This document shows positions 8,673-16,721 of a stretch of 64,000 bases of DNA, in pieces. This DNA comes from an uncultured bacterium (GTDB lineage: Bacteria; Bacillota_I; Bacilli_A; RF39; UBA660), in assembly GCA_949285875.1 (NCBI GenBank), contig CASDZZ010000011.1, positions 2,289-66,288 on the forward strand. The letters are read 5' to 3'. The notes beneath the pieces were generated by a model. The model was not told where the DNA came from. It saw only the letters and a program-made list of their open reading frames with translations, and made no database searches. The translations under genes were made by a program, and so were the position numbers. Within the stretch, counting starts at the first letter, position 1. The number at the start of each line of letters is the position of its first letter.

Positions 8673-8948
8673 TTAATTAAAATAGCTAGTAAATTTAATT
8701 TAGATTACAAAGTTTTGGCAGATTATAATAATATAAAAGATCCAAATAAAATTTATGAAAATCAAATTTTAAAAATTCCTTTAAAAGCTGAAAATTTACC
8801 AAATAAATATATTGTAAAAAAAGGCGATACATTAATAAAAATAGCAAAAGTATATGGAAAAGATTGGAAAGAAATATATGATAAAAATAAAGCTGTAATT
8901 GGAAATAATCCTAATGTTATAAAACCAGGGCAGATTTTGTATATTTAA
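8673..8948 (+). pseudogene. displaced 3' segment of the GH25 lysozyme gene (rest of LysM 1 plus LysM 2)
   Basis: The frame is open from the att core with no RBS. LIKIASKFNLDYKVLADYNNIKDPNKIYENQILKIP and YIVKKGDTLIKIAKVYG...IKPGQILYI are LysM repeats. In frame with 3886-4533. Confidence 0.8.
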
Positions 8949-9055
8949 GATAAAAAAAGGTTAACATTTTAAATGTTAATCTTTTTAAATTTATATTGAT
9001 AATTTTTTTTAAAAATGGTATTCTATAAATATAGGATAGGAAAGGAGTGAAGGTG

Positions 9056-9580
9056 ATGAAAAGGCAAAATATTATTGCTATTGGCGTTATAGTTTTTGCG
9101 GTTATAATTGTTGTTGGTTATGCTCTATTTCAAGAGTCTTTAAATATTACTGGTACTGCTACAGCAGCAGGTGATTTTAATGTTGATTTTACAGAAGTAG
9201 GTTCACCAACTTGTAAAGGTTATTCTGGAACTTGCGATGCAGAATCATTAGCTACTATACAAGGTGGCGGAAATACTTTAAATGTAACGGTTAATAAGCT
9301 TGATTATCCATCTGCTTATGTTATTATTCCCGTAACTATTACAAATAAAGGTTCAATTTCGGCAGAGTTAAGTGAAATTAGAGAAACTAATTTAGCACCA
9401 GAAGATAAAGCTATAAAAGTAACTTATTCTGGTGTTGCTGCAAGTGATACTGAGATCCGTACAGGTGAAACCCAAACAATGAATATAAAAGTAGAATGGG
9501 ATCCAGAAAAAAATGAACCAGGTGAACAAGCTTCATTTAATATAGAGTTAGTTTACGAACAATATGTTGCTGGTAATTAA
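9056..9580 (+). CDS. TasA/BsaA-like SipW-dependent secreted matrix protein, paralogue 1
   Basis: Signal anchor followed by GYALFQESLNITGTATA (TasA-type G-x-x-A-x-F-x-E region). PVTITNKGSISAEL motif. Closely similar to 9645-10154. Confidence 0.7.
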   Translation: MKRQNIIAIGVIVFAVIIVVGYALFQESLNITGTATAAGDFNVDFTEVGSPTCKGYSGTCDAESLATIQGGGNTLNVTVNKLDYPSAYVIIPVTITNKGSISAELSEIRETNLAPEDKAIKVTYSGVAASDTEIRTGETQTMNIKVEWDPEKNEPGEQASFNIELVYEQYVAGN

Positions 9581-9644
9581 AAATAAGATTTTATTTTAAA
9601 AAAATAAAGATTGTGTTATAATAATTAATATAGGAGGAAAATAG

Positions 9645-10154
9645 ATGAAAAGAAATAATATAATTGCGATTGGAGTTATAGTTTTTGCTCTTGCAGTAGC
9701 TATTGGTTATGCTTTATTCCAAGAGTCTTTAAATGTTACTGGAACTGCAACAGCACAAGGAACTTTTGACGTTCAGTTTACACAGGCAAACATTCAAACA
9801 GAAGTTGGAAGTTCTGGAGCACAAGCTAACATTGAAGAAGGTGGAAAAACTTTAACTATTACTGTTCCAAAGCTTGAATATCCTGGAGCTTATGTTGAAA
9901 TTCCAGTTACTGTAACTAATAAAGGATCAATACCAGCTATTCTTACAAATATTGAAGAAACTGGATTAACAGTAGATTCAAGAGCAGTAAAAGTAACTTA
10001 TACCGGGCTTACAGAGTTAAAAAATCAAGAAGTAACACAAAATGGAACTCAAACTTTCACTATTAAAGTTGAATGGGATCCAAATGTTAATACTGGTGCG
10101 GAAGATGTTTCATTTTCAATAAGATTAGATTATAAACAAAAAACTGCTGAATAG
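9645..10154 (+). CDS. TasA/BsaA-like SipW-dependent secreted matrix protein, paralogue 2
   Basis: Same N-terminal GYALFQESLNVTGTATA and PVTVTNKGSIPAIL motifs as paralogue 1. Confidence 0.7.
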   Translation: MKRNNIIAIGVIVFALAVAIGYALFQESLNVTGTATAQGTFDVQFTQANIQTEVGSSGAQANIEEGGKTLTITVPKLEYPGAYVEIPVTVTNKGSIPAILTNIEETGLTVDSRAVKVTYTGLTELKNQEVTQNGTQTFTIKVEWDPNVNTGAEDVSFSIRLDYKQKTAE

Positions 10155-10157
10155 TTT

Positions 10158-10169
10158 GTCTTTAGAATA
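10158..10169. repeat. 12-bp direct repeat gtctttagaata flanking the IS (second copy at 11762-11773)
   Basis: Exact 12-bp identity immediately outside the IS ends. Confidence 0.6.
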
Positions 10170-11761
10170 CGTTAAATTTTAAGTAAAGTGCACAATTAAG
10201 TGCATTACGGTAAAAAATGTGCTTTTTCATAAGAAAATGCACATTTTTATACCGTTTTAAGAAGAAAATATATAAAAAAATAAATAAATATGTTATATTA
10301 TTAGTGTCAAAGAACAAATTGTTCCACGACAAAAAGACAGGAAGTGCAGGAATTTTAAAAGAAAGCGCACAATCTGTTTATCTTCAATATTATGGCAATT
10401 TATTTGTCAGATGGATATTTATAAGGGCTTGTTATAAATATCTTTTTTATTTTTTTAATAAGTTTTTATTAAGAATAACATCGTCTGGTTTAATGTAATA
10501 ACAATCTAATAATTTAAGTATACTTTTATCACACAAAAATAGCATTGCATTATAAGTACAATTTCCATTTAAAGAATCTCTGCATAGTGAATTAATGTTA
10601 TTCATAATTAAATTACAATCATTTCGATTTAAGTCTTTAAAAGAACTACCTTTAGGTAAAACATATCTAATAAATTCATGATTCTTTTCAATCATACCTT
10701 TTTGAGATGATATATGTGGATCACAAAAGAATAGGTGTGTAACATATTCTCCAGTTTTATGAATGCACTCTATGTTATTAACATCAAAAAATTCATGACC
10801 ATTATCAGTAAGAATAACTTGAAATAATTTTTTATAATCTTCATAAGGTAGAGTTTGTTGTAAATATTCAAATATTCTAGTAACTTCATCAGTTGTTTGA
10901 GATTCCAGTTTAAATATAAGCAAGAATTTAGATTTTCTCCAAAGAAGAGTAAGGAAACAATAAGGTTCATCTTGAGAGCCTTTAACAGTATCCATTTCAA
11001 CTATATTTAAGTCAGGATTGTTACTTATATATTCAACGAAATCATCATATTTTCTACCAATTAATATTTCACGTTCTTTTCTTGTTCTTCTTTTGTTGGA
11101 TTTTTTTCTTTTTTTATACTTAACAATTCTAGGAAAATCTAAAGGTCCAAAATCAAATACACCAGAATTAACATAGTTATAAAAAGAAGGTTTAGAAAAA
11201 TCTAAGATGTCAGGGTGATTGATATATAAATGATTAATAGTTTGTCCCTTTTTAATAAGAGGAGTAAGAGTAGTATTAATAACATAAACTTCCTCTGGCG
11301 TTAAATTAATACCTTTTCGAGCTTCCCTTTTTACTTCTCTATAAGTATCATCGGCTTTTCTAGCATAATAAGTATATCTTTCTTTTCTACAACCACTTCT
11401 TGATTTACAACCATTACAAACAAAAGGAGATTTATCTAATTTATCACAATGAAAATTATAGTTAGGGTTTTCAAATCTTCCATTAGTAGTCCAATTGTTG
11501 GGTTTAGAATAGGTTTTATTTCTATCTATTTCTCTTAAAATAGTTGAGTGTGATCTATTAATCTCTTTTGAAATTTGATTAATTGATTTATTATCATTTA
11601 GTCCATCTTCGATATTTTTTCTATCTTCGTAAGATAAGTGACAATACTTTGTCATAGTGAACAATACCTCCTTAATATGACAAATAAATCACCTTGGAAG
11701 TATTATATACGATTTCAAGACTTATTGCACATTAATTGTGCACTTCTTTTTTTTAAATACA
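10170..11761 (-). mobile_element. IS30-family insertion sequence (about 1.59 kb)
   Basis: Contains a single IS30-type transposase. Subterminal inverted repeats agtgcacaattaa(g)tgca at about 10187 and about 11725-11745. Flanked by a 12-bp direct repeat. Confidence 0.8.
10447..11664 (-). CDS. IS30-family transposase
   Basis: N-terminal HTH (SINQISKEINRSHSTILREIDRN). DDE region VEMDTVKG, ILTDNGHEF, SSQKGMIEKNHEFIRYVLPKG. Confidence 0.9.
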   Translation of the reverse strand: MFTMTKYCHLSYEDRKNIEDGLNDNKSINQISKEINRSHSTILREIDRNKTYSKPNNWTTNGRFENPNYNFHCDKLDKSPFVCNGCKSRSGCRKERYTYYARKADDTYREVKREARKGINLTPEEVYVINTTLTPLIKKGQTINHLYINHPDILDFSKPSFYNYVNSGVFDFGPLDFPRIVKYKKRKKSNKRRTRKEREILIGRKYDDFVEYISNNPDLNIVEMDTVKGSQDEPYCFLTLLWRKSKFLLIFKLESQTTDEVTRIFEYLQQTLPYEDYKKLFQVILTDNGHEFFDVNNIECIHKTGEYVTHLFFCDPHISSQKGMIEKNHEFIRYVLPKGSSFKDLNRNDCNLIMNNINSLCRDSLNGNCTYNAMLFLCDKSILKLLDCYYIKPDDVILNKNLLKK

Positions 11762-11767
11762 GTCTTT

Positions 11768-11796
11768 AGAATATGCTGTTTGCATATTCTTTTTTA
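11768..11796 (+). terminator. original terminator of the matrix-protein genes, now downstream of the IS
   Basis: agaatatgc-tgtt-(t)gcatattct followed by a T-run. The left copy of the direct repeat carries only the first part of the stem. Confidence 0.65.
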
Positions 11797-11874
11797 TTGA
11801 TTTTAGCAGGCATATATGCTAAAATTAATTTATGATAGCAGGGAGTTTTGTTAAGGAAATAGGGGTGAATAATT

Positions 11875-13065
11875 TTGAGAAAAAGTTATGTTGTTTTAAT
11901 TTTGTCTATTTTAATAATATCAACTAGCATTTTTGAACTTACTGGTTATTCTGTAAATTTCGGCTCTGTTTATCCTTATTTAATTAAACCTTTAACTTGG
12001 ATTATCTTAGGAATTATTATCTTTATATTTTTTAGAAATACGGTTTTAATTAGCAGAAAGTATAAAAAGGAAGTTGATTTTAACGTTATAATTTCTACCC
12101 TTATATATTTCATGATTTATTTTATTCTAGGTTATATAAAAGGTTTTGCTCATAATCCTTATGATAGAAGTTTATCTGGTATAATTATTAATCTATGGAC
12201 TTTTTTACCTGTTTTGTTTGTAAAAGAATATGCTAGATATTTCATGATTAATAATTGCAATAAAAAGAGAATCTTTTTTTGGGCTCTTTATATATCCCTT
12301 CTTTTTACTTTTATCGAATTAAATGTTTTTAAATTTGATACTTATTTTGAGTCTAGTCTTTCAACGGTTGAGTTTTTTATGCAGACCTTTATACCAAAAC
12401 TTATAGTTAATTTATATTTAACATATGTTTCTTATTTTGCGGGAATAGGTTCTCCTATAATTTATGCATTGGTTCCGCAATTAGCACTTTATATACTTCC
12501 TATTTTACCTGACTTAGATTGGGCAACTGTATCTATTTTAGATGCAACAATACCTTTTTTCTCTTATATATATATTAATTATAAAATTAATCTAATTGAC
12601 CGTATGAATCGCGCAAATTATGAAAAGACTATTGGTATAAAAGGTATGTTAGCTATGGTGCTTATGGTTGTTATAATGATGTGCTTCGGACTTGGAATTT
12701 TCCCTGTAAAACCTTTAGTTATTGCTAGTAATAGTATGGCCCCAAAGATTCATAGAGGAGATATAGTTTTAATTGTAGATAAGGATGTTAATAAAGTAAA
12801 GGAAAATGATATTATACGTTATCAAATGGATGGTTATTATGTTGTTCATAGAGTACAAAGGGTTATAAAGGGTAAAGATGGTAAAGTTCAGTTTATAACA
12901 AAGGGTGATAATAATAATGATGTTGATATTTTTCCTGTTAAGGAAAATCAGTTTGCTGGCGTAGTAAAATTAAATATTCCGTTAATTGGATATCCTACGC
13001 TAATTTTAAATGAATTATTAAATTCAAATGCTGGTGATAATGTAAAGGTTGAAAAAGGAAATTAA
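11875..13065 (+). CDS. SipW/ER-type signal peptidase I fused to a ~270-aa polytopic N-terminal membrane domain
   Basis: C-terminal ASNSMAPKIHRGDIV (catalytic Ser box), VVHRV (His box) and TKGDNN. Preceded by about 8 predicted TM helices of unknown family. Confidence 0.75.
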   Translation: MRKSYVVLILSILIISTSIFELTGYSVNFGSVYPYLIKPLTWIILGIIIFIFFRNTVLISRKYKKEVDFNVIISTLIYFMIYFILGYIKGFAHNPYDRSLSGIIINLWTFLPVLFVKEYARYFMINNCNKKRIFFWALYISLLFTFIELNVFKFDTYFESSLSTVEFFMQTFIPKLIVNLYLTYVSYFAGIGSPIIYALVPQLALYILPILPDLDWATVSILDATIPFFSYIYINYKINLIDRMNRANYEKTIGIKGMLAMVLMVVIMMCFGLGIFPVKPLVIASNSMAPKIHRGDIVLIVDKDVNKVKENDIIRYQMDGYYVVHRVQRVIKGKDGKVQFITKGDNNNDVDIFPVKENQFAGVVKLNIPLIGYPTLILNELLNSNAGDNVKVEKGN

Positions 13066-13136
13066 TGTAAAATAGATAATAAATTTATTGTTATTATTAA
13101 AGGAAAATGCTATAATAAATATGATAGGGGTGCGAT

Positions 13137-13634
13137 ATGAAAAAACAAAATAAGAAAAAAGTATTATTTGTACTTTTCATGTTAATACTTGCTGTTGGTT
13201 ATTATTTATTCAAAATAAGTTCAGATGTTAGTGGGGTTGCTGAAGTAGGTCAAATAGATGTTATTTTTACAAAAATTGGTAAGATAACAGAAGTTGATAG
13301 TTCTGGAGCAACCGCGGAAATATTAAATGATGGCAAAAGAATAGTTATAAACGCACCTAATTTAAAAAGTGGAAGCGCAGTTGTTAAAATTCCTGTCACT
13401 TTGAAAAATAATGGTTATTTTCCTGTTAAATTAGATTCAATCTTAGAGTATGGAAACCCAAGTGATTCTTCGGTAGAGGTAGAATATACCGGCATTGGTG
13501 TTTCTGATAAAGAATTAGCTTCCGGAGAAACTAAAGAATTTTTTATTAATATTTATTCTAAAAATGTTAATATGATGCAAACTGTAAACTTTGGCTTTGA
13601 ATTTAAATATGTGCAAAGTTATTTAGAAAGTTAG
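13137..13634 (+). CDS. TasA/BsaA-like secreted protein, divergent paralogue 3
   Basis: Signal anchor, VGYYLFKISSDVSGVA and PVTLKNNGYFPVKL motifs. Same length class as paralogues 1 and 2. Confidence 0.6.
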   Translation: MKKQNKKKVLFVLFMLILAVGYYLFKISSDVSGVAEVGQIDVIFTKIGKITEVDSSGATAEILNDGKRIVINAPNLKSGSAVVKIPVTLKNNGYFPVKLDSILEYGNPSDSSVEVEYTGIGVSDKELASGETKEFFINIYSKNVNMMQTVNFGFEFKYVQSYLES

Positions 13635-13648
13635 GATGGTGTTATGAG

Positions 13649-14803
13649 ATGCAAGATTTTAACATAAACAATATTAAAGATAAATTTTTAGAAATTATAG
13701 ACAAAATTAAAGGTTTTATTTTTGCAAATGATAAGACTAAAAAAATATTCTTTTCTTGTTTGTTGGCGTTTTTGATAGTACTTCAAATCACTTTTTTTGG
13801 TTTTTTAGTAAGAGCAGTATCTCCTAGTGAAAAACAAAAAGATGAAAATGTTGTAATGAAATATAGTTTAAGTGGAAATATGGATTATAAAGTTTATTTA
13901 AAACCTAATGATTTTATTAAACAAGATTATTTAGGACCAGACGAAGCTTATGTTCTTGATCTTATCGACTATGTTCAAATTTCTTCTTTGTCTAATTTTT
14001 CTTCTAATGCGAAGACAAAGGTTAATGGAAATAATAAACTTGTAGCTACATTAAAAGTTTATTATAAGGAGACAAGTGATACAAATAGTAACCCTGAAAT
14101 TTTAAATAAAGAAAAGATTTTGTCTGAGAAAACTCTTAGCTTTGATGATAGTAGATATAGTGTTTTAAACTCATATAATTTATATCTTTCTGAATATTTA
14201 GATATGTTAAAAGAGTTCCAAAATCAAATTAAGATAGCAATGGATGGTTATTTAGAAATTTCTTCTACTTCTAATTTTGAAGGAAAAGTAGGAGGCATAC
14301 CTTACAAAGATAATTACACTACAGTTCTAAAAATACCTTTAAGTAGTTCTGTTATAAGAATAGAAAATGAAAAAACTGATGAAAAGGTTTCTAGAATTTA
14401 TGAAGGTGACTTAGCTAAAAATAATAAGTTAGTTATGTCTTATATAGTAATAGCTAATTTAGTAATATTTGGTATTATTTGTTATTTAATAAAGAAAATT
14501 TTTGTTTTCAAAAAGAAAACTGAATACGAAAAAGAAATAAATAAACTTTTAAGAAATTATGATGATATTATTGTAAATACTTCAACATCAATTGATATTG
14601 AAAAATATAAAATAATAGAAATTGAAGAGTTTAAAGAAATTTTAAATTTATCAAGGGAATTATTGCTTCCAATTATGAATTATGAAATTTTAAAAGGAAA
14701 AGAAACTTGGTTCTATGTTATAAAGGATGAAATTTTATATAGGTATATTATATCTGAAAGTTTATTGAATGAAAGAAAATATGAAAAACACAAGAAATTT
14801 TAA
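13649..14803 (+). CDS. two-TM membrane protein of the SipW/TasA-like cluster (possibly DUF5305-like)
   Basis: 384-aa ORF with TM helices near aa 35-55 and aa 262-282. Tightly packed after the preceding gene. Confidence 0.55.
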   Translation: MQDFNINNIKDKFLEIIDKIKGFIFANDKTKKIFFSCLLAFLIVLQITFFGFLVRAVSPSEKQKDENVVMKYSLSGNMDYKVYLKPNDFIKQDYLGPDEAYVLDLIDYVQISSLSNFSSNAKTKVNGNNKLVATLKVYYKETSDTNSNPEILNKEKILSEKTLSFDDSRYSVLNSYNLYLSEYLDMLKEFQNQIKIAMDGYLEISSTSNFEGKVGGIPYKDNYTTVLKIPLSSSVIRIENEKTDEKVSRIYEGDLAKNNKLVMSYIVIANLVIFGIICYLIKKIFVFKKKTEYEKEINKLLRNYDDIIVNTSTSIDIEKYKIIEIEEFKEILNLSRELLLPIMNYEILKGKETWFYVIKDEILYRYIISESLLNERKYEKHKKF

Positions 14804-15494
14804 AAAAATTATAACTAATTTAGTTTTATTTTCCTTTGTTTTTCCTTTAGGAATAATTATATATAAGATATTTACTTCTCCAACGGTAAATAGTTCTAAT
14901 ATAGAAAATATTAAGGTAAAAAGTGACTACGTATTAATGCTTCTACAATGTTTGTTAGGTATTATAGCTTTATTTATTCCAAAATTTTTATCTAAAAATA
15001 AAAAGATAACAATACCATCTTTAATGTATATATTCTATGTAGTATTTTTGTACGGAGCTATTTTCTTAGGTGAAGTACGAAATTTCTATTACAAAGTTCC
15101 TCATTGGGATACTATACTTCATACTTTTAGTGGTTTTGCTATTGGTGCTTTAGGTTTTTCAGTTGTTAGTTTACTTACAAAAGAAAAAAAACTAGGGATA
15201 AGCTTATCACCGTTCTTTATTTCTCTTTTTGCTCTTTGTTTTGCAGTAACAATGGGCGTTTTATGGGAAATTTATGAATTTAGTTTTGATGGAGTGCTAG
15301 GACTTAATATGCAGAAATTTGCATTAGAAAATGGATCAAATTTGATAGGAAGAAAAGCTTTGGTTGATACTATGAAAGATTTAATAGTTGATTTCTTAGG
15401 AGCCTTTGTTATGTGTTTTATCGGTTTTATCTCAATGAAATATAAAAAAGGCTGGCTTGAAGGTTTATTAATAACGAAAGAAGAAAAAAAATAA
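14769..15494 (+). CDS. polytopic membrane protein, function unknown
   Basis: About 6 TM helices with HWDTILHTFSG and WEIYEF motifs. Overlaps the upstream gene by 35 nt; an ATG at 14781 is an alternative start. Confidence 0.55.
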   Translation: MKENMKNTRNFKKIITNLVLFSFVFPLGIIIYKIFTSPTVNSSNIENIKVKSDYVLMLLQCLLGIIALFIPKFLSKNKKITIPSLMYIFYVVFLYGAIFLGEVRNFYYKVPHWDTILHTFSGFAIGALGFSVVSLLTKEKKLGISLSPFFISLFALCFAVTMGVLWEIYEFSFDGVLGLNMQKFALENGSNLIGRKALVDTMKDLIVDFLGAFVMCFIGFISMKYKKGWLEGLLITKEEKK

Positions 15495-15517
15495 CGATGA
15501 TTTAAATCATCGTTTTT
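15493..15517. terminator. bidirectional terminator
   Basis: aacgatgattt/aaatcatcgtt palindrome flanked by A-runs and T-runs, between convergent genes. Confidence 0.65.
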
Positions 15518-16199
15518 AATATCTTCTTTTTTTATTTTTATATCTTTCCCATCTTAATAAACCTATAATATTTAAGATAAAATATGAAATTGATACGATA
15601 AGCATCATTAAAGAATTAGGCTCATTATTAATAAGATTTATTATCCAAATTAATAAGTCGGCAGAATTATTTCCAAGAAGTACCCACCAGCATTCTCTAA
15701 ATCTTAAATTCATAAGTATTATTGCACAAATATTTAGACAATTAGAAGTAGCATCTAAGAAAGCTAAATTTTGACCAGGAACCCTATTTAAAATTTTACT
15801 TAAGGCAATGCTTCCACAAAAGCAACAAATGGTTATTAAAATAGATATTTTTGTATTAAAACCTCTTATTTTTACTTCATTATTTTTATTTTTTTTAGTA
15901 TGCCAATCAAAAAGTCCATGTAGTTGAAGTGGAAAATAAAGTAAAGCCGATAAAAGTGCTATTCCATATAAATTTGCTTTGTAAGAAACATAAGCATTTA
16001 ATAACATAAATATAGCACCAAATATATAATTATACCATTTGCCCAAACTAGCATACCAACCATTAAGTAATCCTGTTGTTAGAATACAGAAACTAAAAAA
16101 ACTATTTTTTGTTATAGAAACTATAAGAAAAGAAATTATGACTAAAGAAATTGGAATGATATAAGTTTCTTTAATCTTCCTAAATTTTCTAATCGACAT
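15516..16199 (-). CDS. pnuC: nicotinamide riboside transporter PnuC family
   Basis: 227 aa, 7-8 TM helices. Trp-rich signature regions (GWYASLGKWYNY, ECWWVLLGNNSADLLIWI) typical of PnuC. Confidence 0.7.
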   Translation of the reverse strand: MSIRKFRKIKETYIIPISLVIISFLIVSITKNSFFSFCILTTGLLNGWYASLGKWYNYIFGAIFMLLNAYVSYKANLYGIALLSALLYFPLQLHGLFDWHTKKNKNNEVKIRGFNTKISILITICCFCGSIALSKILNRVPGQNLAFLDATSNCLNICAIILMNLRFRECWWVLLGNNSADLLIWIINLINNEPNSLMMLIVSISYFILNIIGLLRWERYKNKKRRY

Positions 16200-16344
16200 A
16201 TTATCACCTTTACAATTATACCTTATAAAAATTTATTAATCTATATAATTTATTAATGTTTTATTTATTTGACACCACTAATAACTCTTGTATAAAAAAA
16301 TATATTGAATTAAATAAAAAAAAGTATTATAATTATCTTGATAT

Positions 16345-16419
16345 TGCCCTGTAGCCAAGTGGTAAGGCATCGGACTCTGACCCCGACATGCGCTGGTTCG
16401 AATCCAGCCAGGGCAACCA
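16345..16419 (+). tRNA. tRNA-Gln (anticodon CUG)
   Basis: Manual cloverleaf: acceptor tgccctg/cagggca, anticodon loop cuCUGac, TPsiC ggttcgaatcc, encoded CCA. Confidence 0.85.
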
Positions 16420-16427
16420 AAAATTTT

Positions 16428-16504
16428 GGCCCGTTGGTGAAGGGGTTTAACACATCGCCCTCTCAAGGCGACATTCACGAGTTCAAATCTCGTACGGGTC
16501 ACCA
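16428..16504 (+). tRNA. tRNA-Glu (anticodon CUC)
   Basis: Acceptor ggcccgt/acgggtc, anticodon stem tcgcc/ggcga with loop cuCUCaa, TPsiC gagttcaaatctc, encoded CCA. Confidence 0.85.
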
Positions 16505-16512
16505 TTGTTATT

Positions 16513-16539
16513 AAATCTTTAGAAATAAAGATTTTTTTT
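16513..16539 (+). terminator. terminator of the tRNA pair
   Basis: aaatcttt-agaaat-aaagattt followed by a T-run. Confidence 0.7.
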
Positions 16540-16579
16540 ATTGAATGTATAAAAAAATTATGATACAATTATTGGGTCA

Positions 16580-16707
16580 ACAAAAGGGAGTAGTTACATT
16601 TTAAAAGGTGGTAATAGATTTGCGTCAATACGGTTTTATACCCGCTCTATTACGTAATACTTTTGTATTATAAACAAGACTTTCAGACACATTAGGTGTC
16701 TATTTTT
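16580..16707 (+). promoter_or_regulatory. yybP-ykoY-like Mn2+ riboswitch with expression-platform terminator
   Basis: 5' aaaagggagtag and 3' aatac-tttt-gtatt...aacaagacttt match the conserved GGGGAGUAG and CAAGACCUUU elements of the L. lactis yybP-ykoY RNA as I recall it. Followed by agacac-atta-ggtgtct plus a T-run. Confidence 0.6.
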
Positions 16708-16721
16708 TATGGGAGGTATTT

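Noticed and set aside
8715-8948. 77-aa ORF as an independent LysM protein gene
   Set aside because: The TTG start has no Shine-Dalgarno sequence, and the frame stays open upstream to the att core at 8673, where it joins the GH25 gene in frame. It is interpreted as the displaced 3' gene segment.
10217-10498. 93-aa plus-strand ORF inside the IS30 element
   Set aside because: It has no RBS, overlaps the 3' end of the transposase gene on the opposite strand, and gives a low-complexity translation. It is treated as the untranslated end of the IS.
16278-16568. 96-aa minus-strand ORF
   Set aside because: It lies entirely across the tRNA-Gln/tRNA-Glu genes and their terminator. The relatively GC-rich tRNA sequence keeps a spurious frame open.
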